This document shows positions 36,201 through 49,026 of a stretch of 64,000 nt of DNA, in pieces (the stretch's first letter is position 1; each line of letters starts with the position of its first letter). The notes beneath the pieces are model-generated. The model was not told the origin of the DNA, did not search any database, and worked only from the letters and a program-made list of their open reading frames with translations. Source of the stretch: Spizellomyces punctatus DAOM BR117 (Eukaryota); assembly GCA_000182565.2 (NCBI GenBank), contig KQ257457.1; one strand, given 5' to 3'. The translations under genes and the position numbers were made by a program.

Positions 36201-36307
36201 TAGAGCATGATAGAAATGAAGAAGGGGGATGTCATTTGAGACGGGAGGATTTGGAACTGATTGCAGACCTCGTAGTGCAGAAGTTTAAGATGTCGACGGA
36301 GGGTTAA
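33250..36307 (+). CDS. YVC1: TRP-family cation channel, Yvc1/TRPY1-like (many exons)
   Basis: KLRVPRYQ..FLGLYTVVVN, WNWIDY, FNILSCSAVFVWFRTL, LGFTQAFHGL, MNLLIAVFNNSYDEV, PFLPPANLIEL, C-terminal coiled coil. Several TM segments. Confidence 0.87.
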
Positions 36308-37228
36308 AACAGCGCACAGCACGTGTTTTAATTTTGGCACGCTGGGAGACATAGACCCTGAATTGTGGTAAACAGCAAGAAATTCAAACACCCTTGTCCC
36401 ACTCCCTTGGTAGCATGTTTGTGACTGTTCTGGGTACGAATTGTTTTCACCTTGGGTCACTTCTGGGGTCAGATACCCTGGCATTTTCTTGCTCGTGCAG
36501 GGGACGCCAGTTTTAGATGTTTTGCAATGGAACTGGACATTTGCCAATGTAAATCACTCTGTTGACAGTTGCGATGATTCGAAACAGGTTTAGGTGCAGG
36601 GGACACCGCTATGTTTATCAGAATGTTTAACGCTCATCAGAGGGGTTTCTCGAGTGTCTCGAACCTTGGGCAGTTGGAAACTAAACAAGGACATTTCTCG
36701 ACACCAAAGTGTGCACTCTTTGTGTTGACGAGGCTTTTCTTGTCTTTGCCCCGTGAAAGAAGGTTGCTTCGTTGCTCGCCGCAGCAAAACGGCCAAGTCT
36801 CGCCATCTATGGCTTTTGGATGAACTGTTTTTGACAAAGACGCACCCCATCGTACACCCACTTGCTGAGCAGCTGGCCGTTTCTTTGACCAAACAAAAAA
36901 AAAAAAAGAAAACATGCTTTGGTCGTTTGAAAATCCGTAAAAAATCGCGCCTCGATCCCCAAATGGCACTGTCCGACCCGCACAGATCCTTTGTGGAATC
37001 CACGTAGCTAAGCCTCTCGGATTTTACCAATATCGCTAAACAAGTTAGATCTTTTGTTTATCGTTTTAAGCAGTAAAAAGACTTACGCAAAAGAGCCGGT
37101 GCCAGAAAGAAAAAATGGATATAAAAGGGACCCCCTTGCTGTTGGCCCTTTCTCGCATCAACAACACGCAGCAAATCTCAAAGCACACCTCAACCAAGTT
37201 ATTTGTTTGATCCTTCAACATCTCAAAC

Positions 37229-37945
37229 ATGTTCAAGATTGTCCTTACGACCCTTGCCTTGACCGTGTTGACGGGGGCAAACGCCCAAGACAACGACCTT
37301 GGCGCTCTTCCTGCTGCTATTCTCCCACCAGCAGGATATGTACCCAAGGAAAAGCTATACGCTGTCGGAACTCAGAACTATGTCTGTAGCGCTGGCGCTG
37401 CGACTCCTTGGACCCTAGTTACTCCAAAAGCGACCTTGTACAAGGAGGAGGCTCATACGACGGAAGTAGCAAAGCATTTCTTTACGACTCCGGATGCTAC
37501 GGGCGCCAAAGTTATTTGGGAGGATGTAAACGGATCTGGATCACACGTCCGCGCTGCACCGAATGCGACATCCCCGTCTCCAGATGGTCCCCAAAACGTC
37601 CCGTGGGTCATATTGAAGGCTACCGAATCGACCGGAGAGCTCTTTGGAAATATTGGATATGTTTTACGAATCCACACTTTGGGTGGTGTTGCCCCGAATG
37701 CGACCGAGTGTACAGCTGCAAAGAATGGTACAGAAGTGGATGTCGACTACACCGCTCTCTATGTCTTTTACACGAATAAAGGTGCGACAAACACCCCCGA
37801 GACGCCTGCCACTACCTCCCAACCGGTGGAAGCAACGAAAACTCCTGTTCCTACTGGCCCGCTATCGGACGCAACCCGATCAACTGTGACGATGGCCATG
37901 TCAGTTGTTCTTTCCGCGGTCGGGTCGGCTATTTTCTGGCTTTAG
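37229..37945 (+). CDS. Secreted DUF3455-family protein, probably GPI-anchored
   Basis: Signal peptide; AVGTQNYVC, KHFF, NVPWVILKA, YVLRIHTLGGVAP, YTALYVFY; Thr/Pro linker and hydrophobic C-terminus. TATAAAA near 37120. Confidence 0.85.
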   Translation: MFKIVLTTLALTVLTGANAQDNDLGALPAAILPPAGYVPKEKLYAVGTQNYVCSAGAATPWTLVTPKATLYKEEAHTTEVAKHFFTTPDATGAKVIWEDVNGSGSHVRAAPNATSPSPDGPQNVPWVILKATESTGELFGNIGYVLRIHTLGGVAPNATECTAAKNGTEVDVDYTALYVFYTNKGATNTPETPATTSQPVEATKTPVPTGPLSDATRSTVTMAMSVVLSAVGSAIFWL

Positions 37946-38140
37946 ATACTTTTCTCTCTGGGCTGCTGGACCGGCCGTTATATTTATATATGTTTAGATA
38001 GTTGTAGAATTACTTTTTACATGTAATGATTTTCTATGAATAAAGGTGTGATTGAACTGATATTCATATTAATTGACAATGCATAAATCTGGGTGGTTAC
38101 TTTCAGCTATCTAGCGCAACAAAGTTCCAATTGAACAATC

Positions 38141-39400
38141 TCATTTTCCAGTCAACTTTTGTGAAACTTTCATAATCCCGCCAATCCCCCACAACATCCA
38201 ATTCCGCACTCCCGAAAAAGTTCCCTGAGCATGTATCATATCCGTACTCTGTTTGCTGGCCTTCACAGCCTTGATGCCCCGCTGCATCATCTTCTCATTA
38301 TACTGTTTTATCGCTTCTTTGATGTCACCGTCCGCTTGCAACGCCGCAGCGAGATCAGAGGCGTCTTGAAATGCAGTGTTGGCGCCCATACCACGGTGAG
38401 TGGTCATAGCATGAGCAGCATCGCCGAGGAGAATTACACTCAGGGGGCCAGTTTCGAGGGGGTTACCCTTTGGCGGAACTGTGGAAAAAAGGCCTCGAGG
38501 TGTGAAAATCACGTCCGAAGGGGCAGTCAAGGAGATCAATTGAGCAATATCGGGGTTGGATGGAAAACCAGATTGACAACATTGTACTGCATATTCAATT
38601 GTTTTTGCGGGATCGGAGAGTGTTTCTGAAAGCTCTGACGTGGGCGTTGGAAAGGAGAGAGCCCATACGACACGCTTGCCGGTCACCACGTCGGATGGAG
38701 CGTCAGGACGGGGTTCGGCCACGTACGGAAGAATTAAAAGTGTTTTGCCCTCTTTGCCGAGAACTCTTATACAGCCTTGGTCAAGAAGTGTTCTTATAGT
38801 GGGTGCCTTGTCAAGGACGTCCGTGCCAACGGTAGCCGCAATCGACGTGATATGCACATCTTCAACCACGAGATTCGGACACCGCTGAGCTCTGACTTTT
38901 GACCTTGAACCATCGGCTCCCACAAGAATGTCAGCCGTGATGGATGTCCCATCCTCAAAGTAGGCACGGATACCGCCGTCAGGCAACTCCTCGTAATGGT
39001 CATACTTTTTTCCCCACTCGATCGGAGCACCCTTTGCCAGCATTTGACGAAGTGCCCACCGCTCAACCGAGACGCTTCTTCCATACCCGGGTGACCCAAC
39101 AATTTTCATCAAAACGTTGAGCTGGTGGTCAACCATTAGGAACGTCATAGTGTCAGAACCTTTAAACAAGGTGTCAAGGTCCGACTGGGAAATAGCCGAT
39201 GCGAGAGCCTGATAGCCATCTGGATTGATACCCAGAACATATCCTTGGTTTCGTGCCGAGAGCGATGCGTCCCTTTCGTAGATTGTTACGGAAAATCTGG
39301 AATTTTTGGAGAGCCCCTGGTAGAGAAGGAGCCCACCAAGTCCTCCTCCAATGATGGCTACACGGAGTTGGTTTGGAGTTTCGGATGCTTCTTGCGACAT
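38141..39400 (-). CDS. FAD-dependent monooxygenase (FAD_binding_3/UbiH-like), intronless
   Basis: IIGGGLGG (GxGxxG), LVGADGSRSKVR (DG motif), LLGDAAHAMTTHRGMGANTAFQDA (GD motif). Confidence 0.93.
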   Translation of the reverse strand: MSQEASETPNQLRVAIIGGGLGGLLLYQGLSKNSRFSVTIYERDASLSARNQGYVLGINPDGYQALASAISQSDLDTLFKGSDTMTFLMVDHQLNVLMKIVGSPGYGRSVSVERWALRQMLAKGAPIEWGKKYDHYEELPDGGIRAYFEDGTSITADILVGADGSRSKVRAQRCPNLVVEDVHITSIAATVGTDVLDKAPTIRTLLDQGCIRVLGKEGKTLLILPYVAEPRPDAPSDVVTGKRVVWALSFPTPTSELSETLSDPAKTIEYAVQCCQSGFPSNPDIAQLISLTAPSDVIFTPRGLFSTVPPKGNPLETGPLSVILLGDAAHAMTTHRGMGANTAFQDASDLAAALQADGDIKEAIKQYNEKMMQRGIKAVKASKQSTDMIHAQGTFSGVRNWMLWGIGGIMKVSQKLTGK

Positions 39401-39870
39401 TATAATATGTTGCAATCTGTTTATTGGGCGACAGAGGGCGTATTTGGAGAAACCCGTCCTATTTATGATCCTGCAGAGGGTATACGTGGATGAGCCCGAA
39501 TTTGGCCACTTGGAAGCATTTCATTGGCAGCTCGCCCTTTGTGAACGCGTGCTGCAAAAAGCGTGCTTTTTGGGGGTTGATTTCCTTCCTGAACTCGCAC
39601 GATGGAAGCTGACTTGCTTTTTGCAAAGGGCTTGTCGTCGTCAAAACGATACTCTGAAATCAGCGAGAGTTCACAGCAAATCCATTTGACATGCTTCAAG
39701 TAATGAAAAAAGTATTAATCGAATCGAAAAAAAAGAATTAGAGAATTTTACAAGATGTATGCGAGTTATTCCCTTCCCCCCCTCTAGTCCCACGCTTCTT
39801 GTGAAAGCAATCATAGAAAGTTCCCATTCAGATTACCGGCCCACCATCCTTTTTTAAAACCCACACGCTT

Positions 39871-41680
39871 TTAAGCTGAGAGCAACGAATCCATGTCATC
39901 TGGCCGCATGCGGGCGCCTCCAAACTGAGGTCGAGATTGACATCTATTTGACCCGTAATAATTCGTCGTCATTGGCATTGGATTTTCAAGTAGGACATAC
40001 GGATCGTCCAAATAAGCGTGAGTAGGTGTGTCCACCACAGGTCGCATGACGATGCTTAGCCGCCGAGCTTTCATGTCCTTATCTCCTTCCGTATGAGGTT
40101 CGTTCTTGTTGGGTATAGAATTACAGGCACCTGAGCTGCTAGAAGACTTTGACGAGGATGATGACCGAGAGACATCAGAGCCCGATGACATAGAGCTCCG
40201 ACTAGCACGCGAACGTTTGCCAACTTTAACAGTCATGGGAACACTTGTAACTGCCATAGAGCCATTCGCTGCTTGCTGAGAATGGCTGTTCAACGATGAG
40301 AATGTATCTCCCTGACTACTGGCAAGAGTCTTGCCAAGAGCACTGCGACTTTCCTTGCGTATCAGATCACGGCGAGCTGTAGCTTCGGCATCTGCACAGT
40401 TGACTTGGTCAATCACGCATTCCGTAAGCTTGATACAGGAATTTCCTTACCTCGGGCTTGTGCCTCGTCAATGATGTGCGCAGGAGTCTCATATTCTGCT
40501 GCCTTCTTTCCGTCACCGACCATCTGCTGGATCGTAGCACAGATCCGAGCAAACGCAATCTCCACGTGCTCGTCTTCCTTGATGAGTGAATCAATATCCA
40601 CTACCGCGGGTTCCGAGCGAGAATCTTCTACTGGAGCGGGACTCTTGGTCGTGGACCCGTTAGCGAGGATAGCAACCGTTTCGGCATTGACGGAGCTTAG
40701 CCCTTTCAGACTATACAGAATATATCATTAGCACAGAAAACAATTATGCAGCCATCCAACCACGTTGCTCACCGTTCAATCTCTTGTCTCAGTTCATCCA
40801 GTTCTTGAGCCTGCTGACGAATGGTATTTTCCAAAGAAGAATTGACAGCGAGCAGTGAAGTGTTTGAAATCTCTAGGTCCATTATCTAAAACCGGGCGGT
40901 TAGTTCGTAATGCTTGTTTACGGCGATCAGTTCTTCCTACCTTGCGCAAGGCCTTGTCGTTTGCTTGAATTTCCATCGCGACAGGGTCGAGTATGGGACT
41001 ACGCAACTGGCAACTTTTACACTTTTCTAACGTGCCTTCAGCAGCAGGCGCCAAGTTGGTTGTGTCGATATCAGCGATACCAGAGTCTGGGCGAGCCTTG
41101 CTACCAGGAATCTTGACCTAACCCAAAGTGATCAATTAGTACAAGTTCAATTTGGAGGCAGCTTCTCCGGAAAAGCGTCAGGCGATGCCTTCTTGCAAAA
41201 TTCTGTTCTCACCTTTATGTTTCCAGTAGTCTTCCCAGTAAGAGTCGTGCGTTTAGGAGTAATGCGAGGCGCCTCAACTGGAGGAGCGATCACAGCACGC
41301 TGGAGCTTCCCCAGGCTGCTAGATCTGCCACTTCCAGGAGAGGAACCGTTACTACCGTCCGACGACGAGCCCGAAGAGAGTCGATTTTTGGTTGCAGCGA
41401 CAGGCTTTCTAGGTGCAGGTCGGGTCGAGATCGGACTCGGCGATTGGCTTTTCGGTCGAGGAGTCGTAACAGGAGTAGGTGTAGTAGACCTCAACGTCGT
41501 TTTAGGAGTCAGCGTGCGCACGCTTGTTTTCACTTCTGCTAGAGGTTTGGCAGTCGTCCTGACGGAACCCAGAGGACGAGTCGTAGCAGTCTGAGACGTC
41601 AAGCGCTTAGGGGCGGAAGTCGGGCGCCTATCATTCAATGCACGCGGAGTCGAGAATTTGTCTTGCGGTTTATCAAACAT
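39871..41680 (-). CDS. Hypothetical S/T/P/R-rich protein (about 4 exons)
   Basis: ORF segments 41680-41213, ~41117-40773, ~40709-40452 and ~40392-39871 are linked by GT-AG introns. One helical block (DIDSLIKEDEHVEIAFARICATIQQMVGDGKKAAE); no recognisable domain. Confidence 0.6.
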
Positions 41681-42189
41681 CAAGAAGCACAGTGAGTGTA
41701 AAAGGGGGGAAGTATGAGGTTCGGAAAAGGTTACAATCTAAAAAGTATATCACGGGGATTTTGTGGGGGGGGACGGAGTTCAAGGGTAGAGGGTAAATCT
41801 ATGCGGGTATTAAGGATAGAGGCAAAAAACTGCCTTAATGCAGAGATGAAAGCGTTGGACCGCCCATGGTTAGACGGTTCGGTTGGACGAAACCTAAAAG
41901 CAACGTCCGAGTGCAGTTTGTTGTTTTGTCGGTGACAAAGAGTGGAGGGTCGTCCCGGTTGCTTTTTGCGTTGAGGGAGGACCAAGCGACCAAAGTAACG
42001 GTCTGGTAGATGAAATCAGATGAAAAACAGATGAGAAAGTGTAATGAGCAAAAGGCCACCAGAGGGGCTTTCTTGTAATAAAGCCGTTGGTTGTCGCACA
42101 CACTGGGCGCAGATGGAGGGCTTAGCAAACGGGACTTTTTGAAAAACGGCCGTCCCAAAAAAAAGCTTTTTTGCCAAGCAAACGAACAA

Positions 42190-42243
42190 ACGACGACAAC
42201 GATAACGACGACGACGACGACGACGACGACGAGGATGATGATG
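42190..42243. repeat. (ACG)n/(GAT)n trinucleotide microsatellite
   Basis: acgacgacgacgacgacgacgacg seen directly. Confidence 0.85.
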
Positions 42244-42469
42244 GGGATAGCAGACTGTTGTCTAGAGTCATATTCCAACGATAGCTTCTGAGGTGTTATT
42301 TTCAATGGAATTGGCAATTTCCAATGGCTTCTTGAACAGTCGTCTTGTCACGTGTGCCAAAGCGAGGCTTTCCTGGGAGGCAATTCTTTGTTTTCCAATC
42401 GCAATCGTTCAAAGGAACTGCTGAATGCGTCCATTGCAAGTGCTTTATCCGCTACGGTTTCTATCAGAC

Positions 42470-43740
42470 ATGGCATGGCGTTGCAGCGGAACGAGCAACG
42501 CCCAACTCGTATCAAACTTGAAAAGTGATCTACTTTTGAGCTTGCTGTCCAAGAAACGGGGGACTAGATTGACCATACTCTATACCAGACGCAGGGCTCA
42601 TTGCCCATCCCCGAGTAGAAAGTGTAAATGCTTTTGAGAGCAACATTTGGTTGAAAAGAATTGAATAGTAGAGCACTGTTGAACAGGCAATGATGGCGGT
42701 CGATCGTGGACACTATGCGGCGATTAATCCGTATCAGGACAGCCCACAAGTGATTGGACATGGTGAGCGGTCGCTGATTGCATAACGCCATGCGTTTTCA
42801 CTAGACCATCCTTGTGTGTGGGATTAAAGGAGCTACCATCAGTGCACCGCATATGCATGCATATGCATTGGAAGCATTAGAGCCTTTTCTTAAACCAGGA
42901 TCTCGTGCTCTTGGTAAGCGATTCATTCCAGCCATAATCCACCATTCGCAGCCCTCAAAGGAAGGAATGTCCCAGATGTCGGCAGTGGCTCGGGCTATCT
43001 TGTCGCTTGCATGGTACAATAGCACTCTAAACCACGTTTGCTCTATTCAAACTCTGAGAATGAACACAATCTGCAAAAGGCACACATGGTTGGACCAACC
43101 GGCAAAGTCGTCGGGATTGAGCATATCCCGGAACTTGTATGTCTGGACACCAACCCCAAAGTCATCCATGAAGCTGATTTTTAGATTTCTATTGGCTAGT
43201 CGGCGTTGGGTAAAAAGAACATTGAAAGGGATCAGCCTGACTATCTCAAAGGTGGTCAAGTGGAGCTCGTTGGTCTGTATCTTGTGAGCTGTAGTCTGTA
43301 GTGCTCTGTTGCGTTTACTCAGTAGGATCCCTAGTTGGCGACGGACGAGAAGGCCACGCTGCCCAAGGTCCTTACGACGCCATCCACGTTGGTAAGGATC
43401 AAGAAAAGCAAACTTTGTCGTGCGGATACATCGTCTTCATCACCAACTTGGCGTTTTGTTTCTTGAATCTCAGGTGCTGCCGCGTATCCCGTCCCGGACA
43501 AGGTACATGACTGTTACCGTAGGAAACCCACAAAATTCCTTCAGTTAACACTACATTTCCCAGCTGATTGCGCAGCTGAAAGCCCCTGGGCGTATGGTCA
43601 TCCCGGTCGGCCCAAGCTTTGGCGAACAAGCGCTCTATCAATATGATAAGGACTCGGAGGGGAATGTGAAAAAGAAGGAATTGATGGGGGTCATGTATGT
43701 CCCATTAACGAGTAAAGAAAATCAGCTAGGCCCTGGGTAA
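42470..43740 (+). CDS. PCM1: Protein-L-isoaspartate O-methyltransferase (PIMT)
   Basis: About 10 short exons: [87 protein letters not shown]. Confidence 0.95.
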
Positions 43741-44014
43741 AGATATTGTACTAGCCCTTGGTTTTTTGAATGCATTCAATGAAGCTATGAAGATCGTTAC
43801 TTTTTGCAAAACCATTTGATGGTAAAAATATCACACAAACTACAGCCTGGCAGATCTTCTTGCAAGCCCTGCTCGTGTGATGATTCCCTGGACACGTGTG
43901 CGGTTATGGAGGTTTTCAATAGTCATCTTGTCATGATCTGTGGCGTGTGAATCAACAACCACTGGCTTCCATCGTCAGCAGAAAGCAAACGGAGGTCTAG
44001 CGCAAAACCAAACT

Positions 44015-45417
44015 ATGGACCAGGATGCCAACGAGACATTCCAGGCTGCACTAAAGACGGCTCCATGGGCACCATTTCAGCTTCCTACTGCAGACGGCAC
44101 AATCCTCCAGACTTTCATAAAAGCCGTCTTTAAAGATCAAGGCTACGCAATCCTTGTTTCTGATTTCAAAAGAGTCTGGCTCGAAATAGCCACTGACGAA
44201 AAAGTAGAAAGAAAGTTAAAGGTATGAAAACGTGTCGGCTTGAGATCACCGTTGCACTAGCCAACAACAAGGTAACGTTTTGACATAGTCTTATGCCAAA
44301 AACTTTAGCGAAACACCAGTGTCCGGTATGCTCCCATATATTGAAAGCTATGTGCATAGCCAAAAGCCAAATGTTCGGTATATGAGCTTTTTCGAGCCCG
44401 ACGAAACGGGTGAGGTGAGGTAGGAAACCTTATCCCGCAACGAAAATAATACTGGGCTGCAAATCTCATTATTGAGAAACGATAGCTGAGGATCCACGCA
44501 ACGGGAACTGTAGGAACTGTCACCTTCAGATGGGTGTTTGAATGTGCCCAGCTTCATACGGATGTTTTACCGCCACGTCCGGTTCCCGGAGATGTTCTTT
44601 ACTCTCATCTGTCCGTACCGCTTCTTATGGTGGTTATGGAGCAAGATCGCCGGATACAAAAACTTTTAACCCTTTTGGGAGTAAAAGAACGTGAATTGCA
44701 CGAGTGTCATGACACAATGACCTTTAATGGTCTGAAATTTCCACCCAGTATGTGCAAGGCCTTCGGCACCGCGATTACCAAAGTGATGGCTAACGGCCTG
44801 TTTATAGAGCGCTCGGATCCTATTACGGCAGAGGCGTTTTCAAGTGTGGCCGATGAGGTACTTTTGTGCCCGAATCGTCTGAGCAGCTGTTCATCTCCTG
44901 ACTTTTGGGCTCCACAAGGAATTCAGATCGATGCATGTCACAAAAGAATCGCTGCCTAAAGCCTTTCTCGAAAATCAGCTATACAGACTGGTATTGGGCA
45001 AGTCAGACAATGCGACTGCGGTTGCTAAAGGTAAAAAAGGACGCAATTTCGAGCATTTGGTCCGTCATTTTTGATTTTCGCTCACTATTTCAAACCGAAA
45101 AGATACGAGGTCCATATCACCGCCTGCCAACCTTGAAAGGGTCCCAACTTTGCCTGCCGGACCCATTACCTCTTCCGGGATATTTGCAAGCTTGGACGGA
45201 TCGTCACCTACGGGTCCCGACGACGCGTCGTCATCTGTAAGTAGCCAAATTACCTTACCTGGCTGACAGCCGTTTACATTTTAAAACACAGCAGGCACCA
45301 TCAAAGAAGGAGATTGAAAAGTCATTGGAGATGCAACGGAGACAGGAACGAGAAGAACGGTTACAGAAATTGCAAGCTGAGCAACAACAAAAGAAGAAAC
45401 GGCGTAAAATCTTGTAA
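44015..45417 (+). CDS. XLF/Cernunnos (NHEJ1/Nej1)-like non-homologous end-joining factor
   Basis: PW..F...FIKAVF...YAILVSDFKRVWLE head domain, FRWVFE, HLSVPLL..RIQKLLTLLGVKERE coiled coil, basic C-terminus KKKRRKIL. Multi-exon. Confidence 0.72.
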
Positions 45418-46486
45418 TAATTGATCTGAACCTACAAAATCGTGCGTCTCCCAAATAGAATGAGTTGGGCCAAAAGTTCCAAAGTGTGTTTAGAGTGTGT
45501 ATTCAAACAATGCGACTCTCGTATATGTTGATCATAAGTCGTTGGATTCATTGTCTCAACAATGTACGTTGCTCTTCTCTACTTTACATGACATTATCCA
45601 CACACATTGCACCTAGTATCTCCTGATAAAACGCTCGTTGTTTGCAAACGATACCAACCAAATGTCCGTTCGTGGAGCATCTTAAATCCTCGACTAAAAA
45701 GTTCAAAACTCAGTCATGTCACACAAAATGTGGCTGGATGCCGCCACACGTGACCATGAGTCAAATTCCAACTCCGATTTCACGAGAGCCGCTTACTGTA
45801 ACACCTCCAACAGTGTGCAGCATTTCTATGAGCTTTCTGGCATCTCCGGCCTGCAATATATACGACAATTTAACCTCAACTGAAACCTACGTAAACACAC
45901 AGCAGAGGAAACAATAATCATTTTGGGCTATGGTAAGTGTATTGTGTGCAAACGACAGTAGGCGTTTAGCGCCCGTGTTTGGCAACAAAATAGACAATAG
46001 CGAGCAAAACACGCTGCTGACTTCCGAAAATAGAATCGATAGGCGGAATATACCTTACATGCGCACGGTGTTTTCTGAGTTTTCCTTCTTATTTGAACGA
46101 TCCTTTCAAAACAAAGCAAACCGATATTCAATATCAGAGCTTGAGTTTCTCGTAACGAGATAGCTTTCACTCTGCAACTCGGTCATAGCAGCTTTCGCAG
46201 CTTCCTACATTTGACCAACAGTCGATTCCATTCCTTTGCGATTCCGAAAACGACCTCTGTATCGCTTCGGACCTTTTTCGACGTGTTAGGGGGGGACATA
46301 ACCTTGCGTTTTTTCCACAAACTGCTCCGTGTCTCGAACGCTAGCATCCGACCGCGCAAACGTCCTGTTTGTTCACTTTGGAACCGTTGCGCATTCGGAG
46401 CAGGTATCGAGAATTTTACCTACATCCTCCGGCAACGAACCTACCCTTTTGTCCATTTGAACTGGCTCCGCTAACACCTCGCAGCA

Positions 46487-48487
46487 ATGGGGATCGCTTG
46501 TTGCAAGGAGGAAGAAATAGACTTTACTCAAGAAGGTGCGCAACTTGCATTATGCACATGCATGCTGTGTACAATTATTAACATGATGGTATCCACGATG
46601 TTCACAGTGGAGTTGAATCACTTTCACCTGCTAAGATCTGTCGGGAAGGGTGCCTTTGGCAAGGTACCGTTTTCCATTACCAGTGTCCCACATTACCGGA
46701 ACCATTACCCGTCACTCATACCCAAAAATAACTCGTTTGGGAAAAACAGGTCCGCGTCGTTCAACACAAGGGAACTCAACAAATTTATGCCCTAAAATAT
46801 ATCAACAAAGCAAAATGCATAAAGATGCGTGCGGTCGAAAACATTATTCAGGAGCGACGGCTACTAGAAGAAGTCGAATGCCCATTCGTTTGGTACAGAC
46901 AAGCAATGCGTTCCATGTCATTATCATGCATCTCACCTCTTCTTTCATTATACAGTAATTTACGATACGCATTTCAAGACGACGAGAACCTCTTTATGGT
47001 CATTGACCTGATGTTGGGAGGAGACCTTCGGTTCCACCTGGACCGTATGGGAATGATGAAGGAGGATATGATCCGGTTCTATACTGCAGAGGTGGCATGC
47101 GGATTAGCGTACCTACATGGTAGAAGAATCGTGCACAGGGATTTAAAGCCAGACAATGGTTTGTAGCTTGGTTGCGTTACAATGTTTTTAGCCGTGGTGT
47201 AGGTATTGATCCACTTCTCGATTAAACAGTACTTCTCGACGAAAAAGGACACGCACATTTGACTGACTTTAATATTGCCGTACACTATCGTGAAGAGAAG
47301 CCTTTGACGGCTGTAGCGGGGAGTATGGCATACATGGGTAAGTCATTTTGTGCCATCGTTCGCATGTGGAGTCAAATGATAACATTTTCAATCATGCAGC
47401 GCCAGAGATTCTGGCAAAAAAAGGTTACTTTTCTTCTGTTGACTGGTGGAGTCTCGGTGTGATGGCCTACGAGCTGGCCTTTGGAAAGGTAACATCCCGT
47501 TTCGTTGCTTTTTGCAGTATCTGGACCATAATGACTTACCACTCTCCCTGGAACACTAGCGACCATTCCGAGCAAAGACCAACGAAGCCTTACAGCAGTC
47601 CATTTTGCATGATGACCTCGAGTTTCCTTCCAACACGTCGGACCTTGTCAGCTCTGAATGCGTTGATTGTATCAAACTGGTAATACCGAGTTTAAAGCAT
47701 GTGATTGACCTTGAGGATTCGGGATATTTATCCCACTGTGTGTGTTATTTCAGCTTTTGACCCGTGACATCACAAAAAGATTGGGCACCAAAGAGTCTGG
47801 TGGTCTAGACCGATTCCGGGCGCATCCGTGGTTCAAAGGGTACGATTGGGAAATTATTGGAAAAAAGGAGGGAAATCCGCCGTTTACCCCAGATGTGAGT
47901 ATGCATGCCATTAATCATATGCCTGCTATCCATAAACTTACCGCGTATCCAGTCCAAACGTGCCAACTTTGACGCAACACATGAATTGGAGGAACTGTTA
48001 CTAGAGGACAATCCACTCAAAGCCAAGCCCCGCAAGAAGAAGAAGGAAGGCGAAGAAGACAAACGTATGTACTCTTCCAACGGTAAAACTCATTCTACCG
48101 ACCCAAACTCACCTAGAAAAATATATAGCAAAAGAAGGCGAAGACCCAGCGATAACAAAAGAAATGCGAATAATGGAAGATAAATTCACCGTATACGACT
48201 ACACCAAAACCCGCAAAGGCCTTGGATCCCTTCAAGGCAATCAACCCGGCTCCCAGTCCAGCATGACTGCCGTCCAAAAGATACCGAATGCAGCCCCGTG
48301 CACTACAGGCAGAGCTGACCGACAAGACTATTCAATTCACAAGGATGTGATGGAGGGTCGGGATGCGGAAGTGAATATGACGGGTGTGGCGTCGATGGAG
48401 AGTTCGCCAAACAAGTCGCGGAGGGAGAGTGAGAAACCTCAATTGGATCCTCCCCCTGTTCCGTCACCAATAATGGAGAGACCGTAG
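46487..48487 (+). CDS. AGC-family YANK/STK32-type Ser/Thr kinase
   Basis: MGIACCKEEEIDFTQEVELNHFHLLRSVGKGAFGKV, NLRYAFQDDENLFMVIDLMLGGDLRFHL, HRDLKPDN, TDFNIA, AGSMAYMAPE, NFDATHELEELLLEDNPL. Confidence 0.93.
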
Positions 48488-49026
48488 AATGAAAGCTAAT
48501 CATACTTTTTTGGTGGGAAGGAAATAGTTTTTTGGAAAGCTGTTGTGTCTTTCTCCTCTCTGCTGTGTTTTTTTGGAGGCAAGGCGGATGGAGGGAAGGA
48601 GGGAAGGGAGCGAGAAAGAGAAACGGCACATGTAGGTTGTTGCCAGTTCCCGCCGGAACCTCGTCGACTTGTTTATTTCCCGCCCTTTATTGTTGTGTTC
48701 TTCTTCTGTGTTTCTTTTTGGGGTGGGAGAGGGAAAGTGTTTGGCTTTTTTTTTTGGGTTAGCCGGTACTGTTTTTTTGCATGTGATATCACACATGGTT
48801 ACCCCGATTAGCGGCATCTTGACTGTAGCAATCCACTTCAGACCTTTGAAAGAAAGGTTTTAATCGATGTTAAAAGTATTTGCGTGTGTGAACCGACAGT
48901 CCCTCTCAAGTATTTGTGCTAATTCACAAAACCAATTCATTAAGTTTCACAATGCAGAAATGTACATGTGATGACCGTGAGGCAACATGCAGAGCCCTTC
49001 CTATGCATTTGTGCATAATATGTAAA

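Noticed and set aside
36490-36615. Repeated gtgcaggggac(g/a)cc motif
   Set aside because: Only two ~14-bp copies with no further structure or ORF support.
37229-39400. DUF3455 plus FAD monooxygenase (and the distant tyrosinase) as a biosynthetic cluster or HGT island
   Set aside because: No PKS, NRPS or terpene backbone gene, no transporter, housekeeping neighbours. Lack of introns alone does not show HGT.
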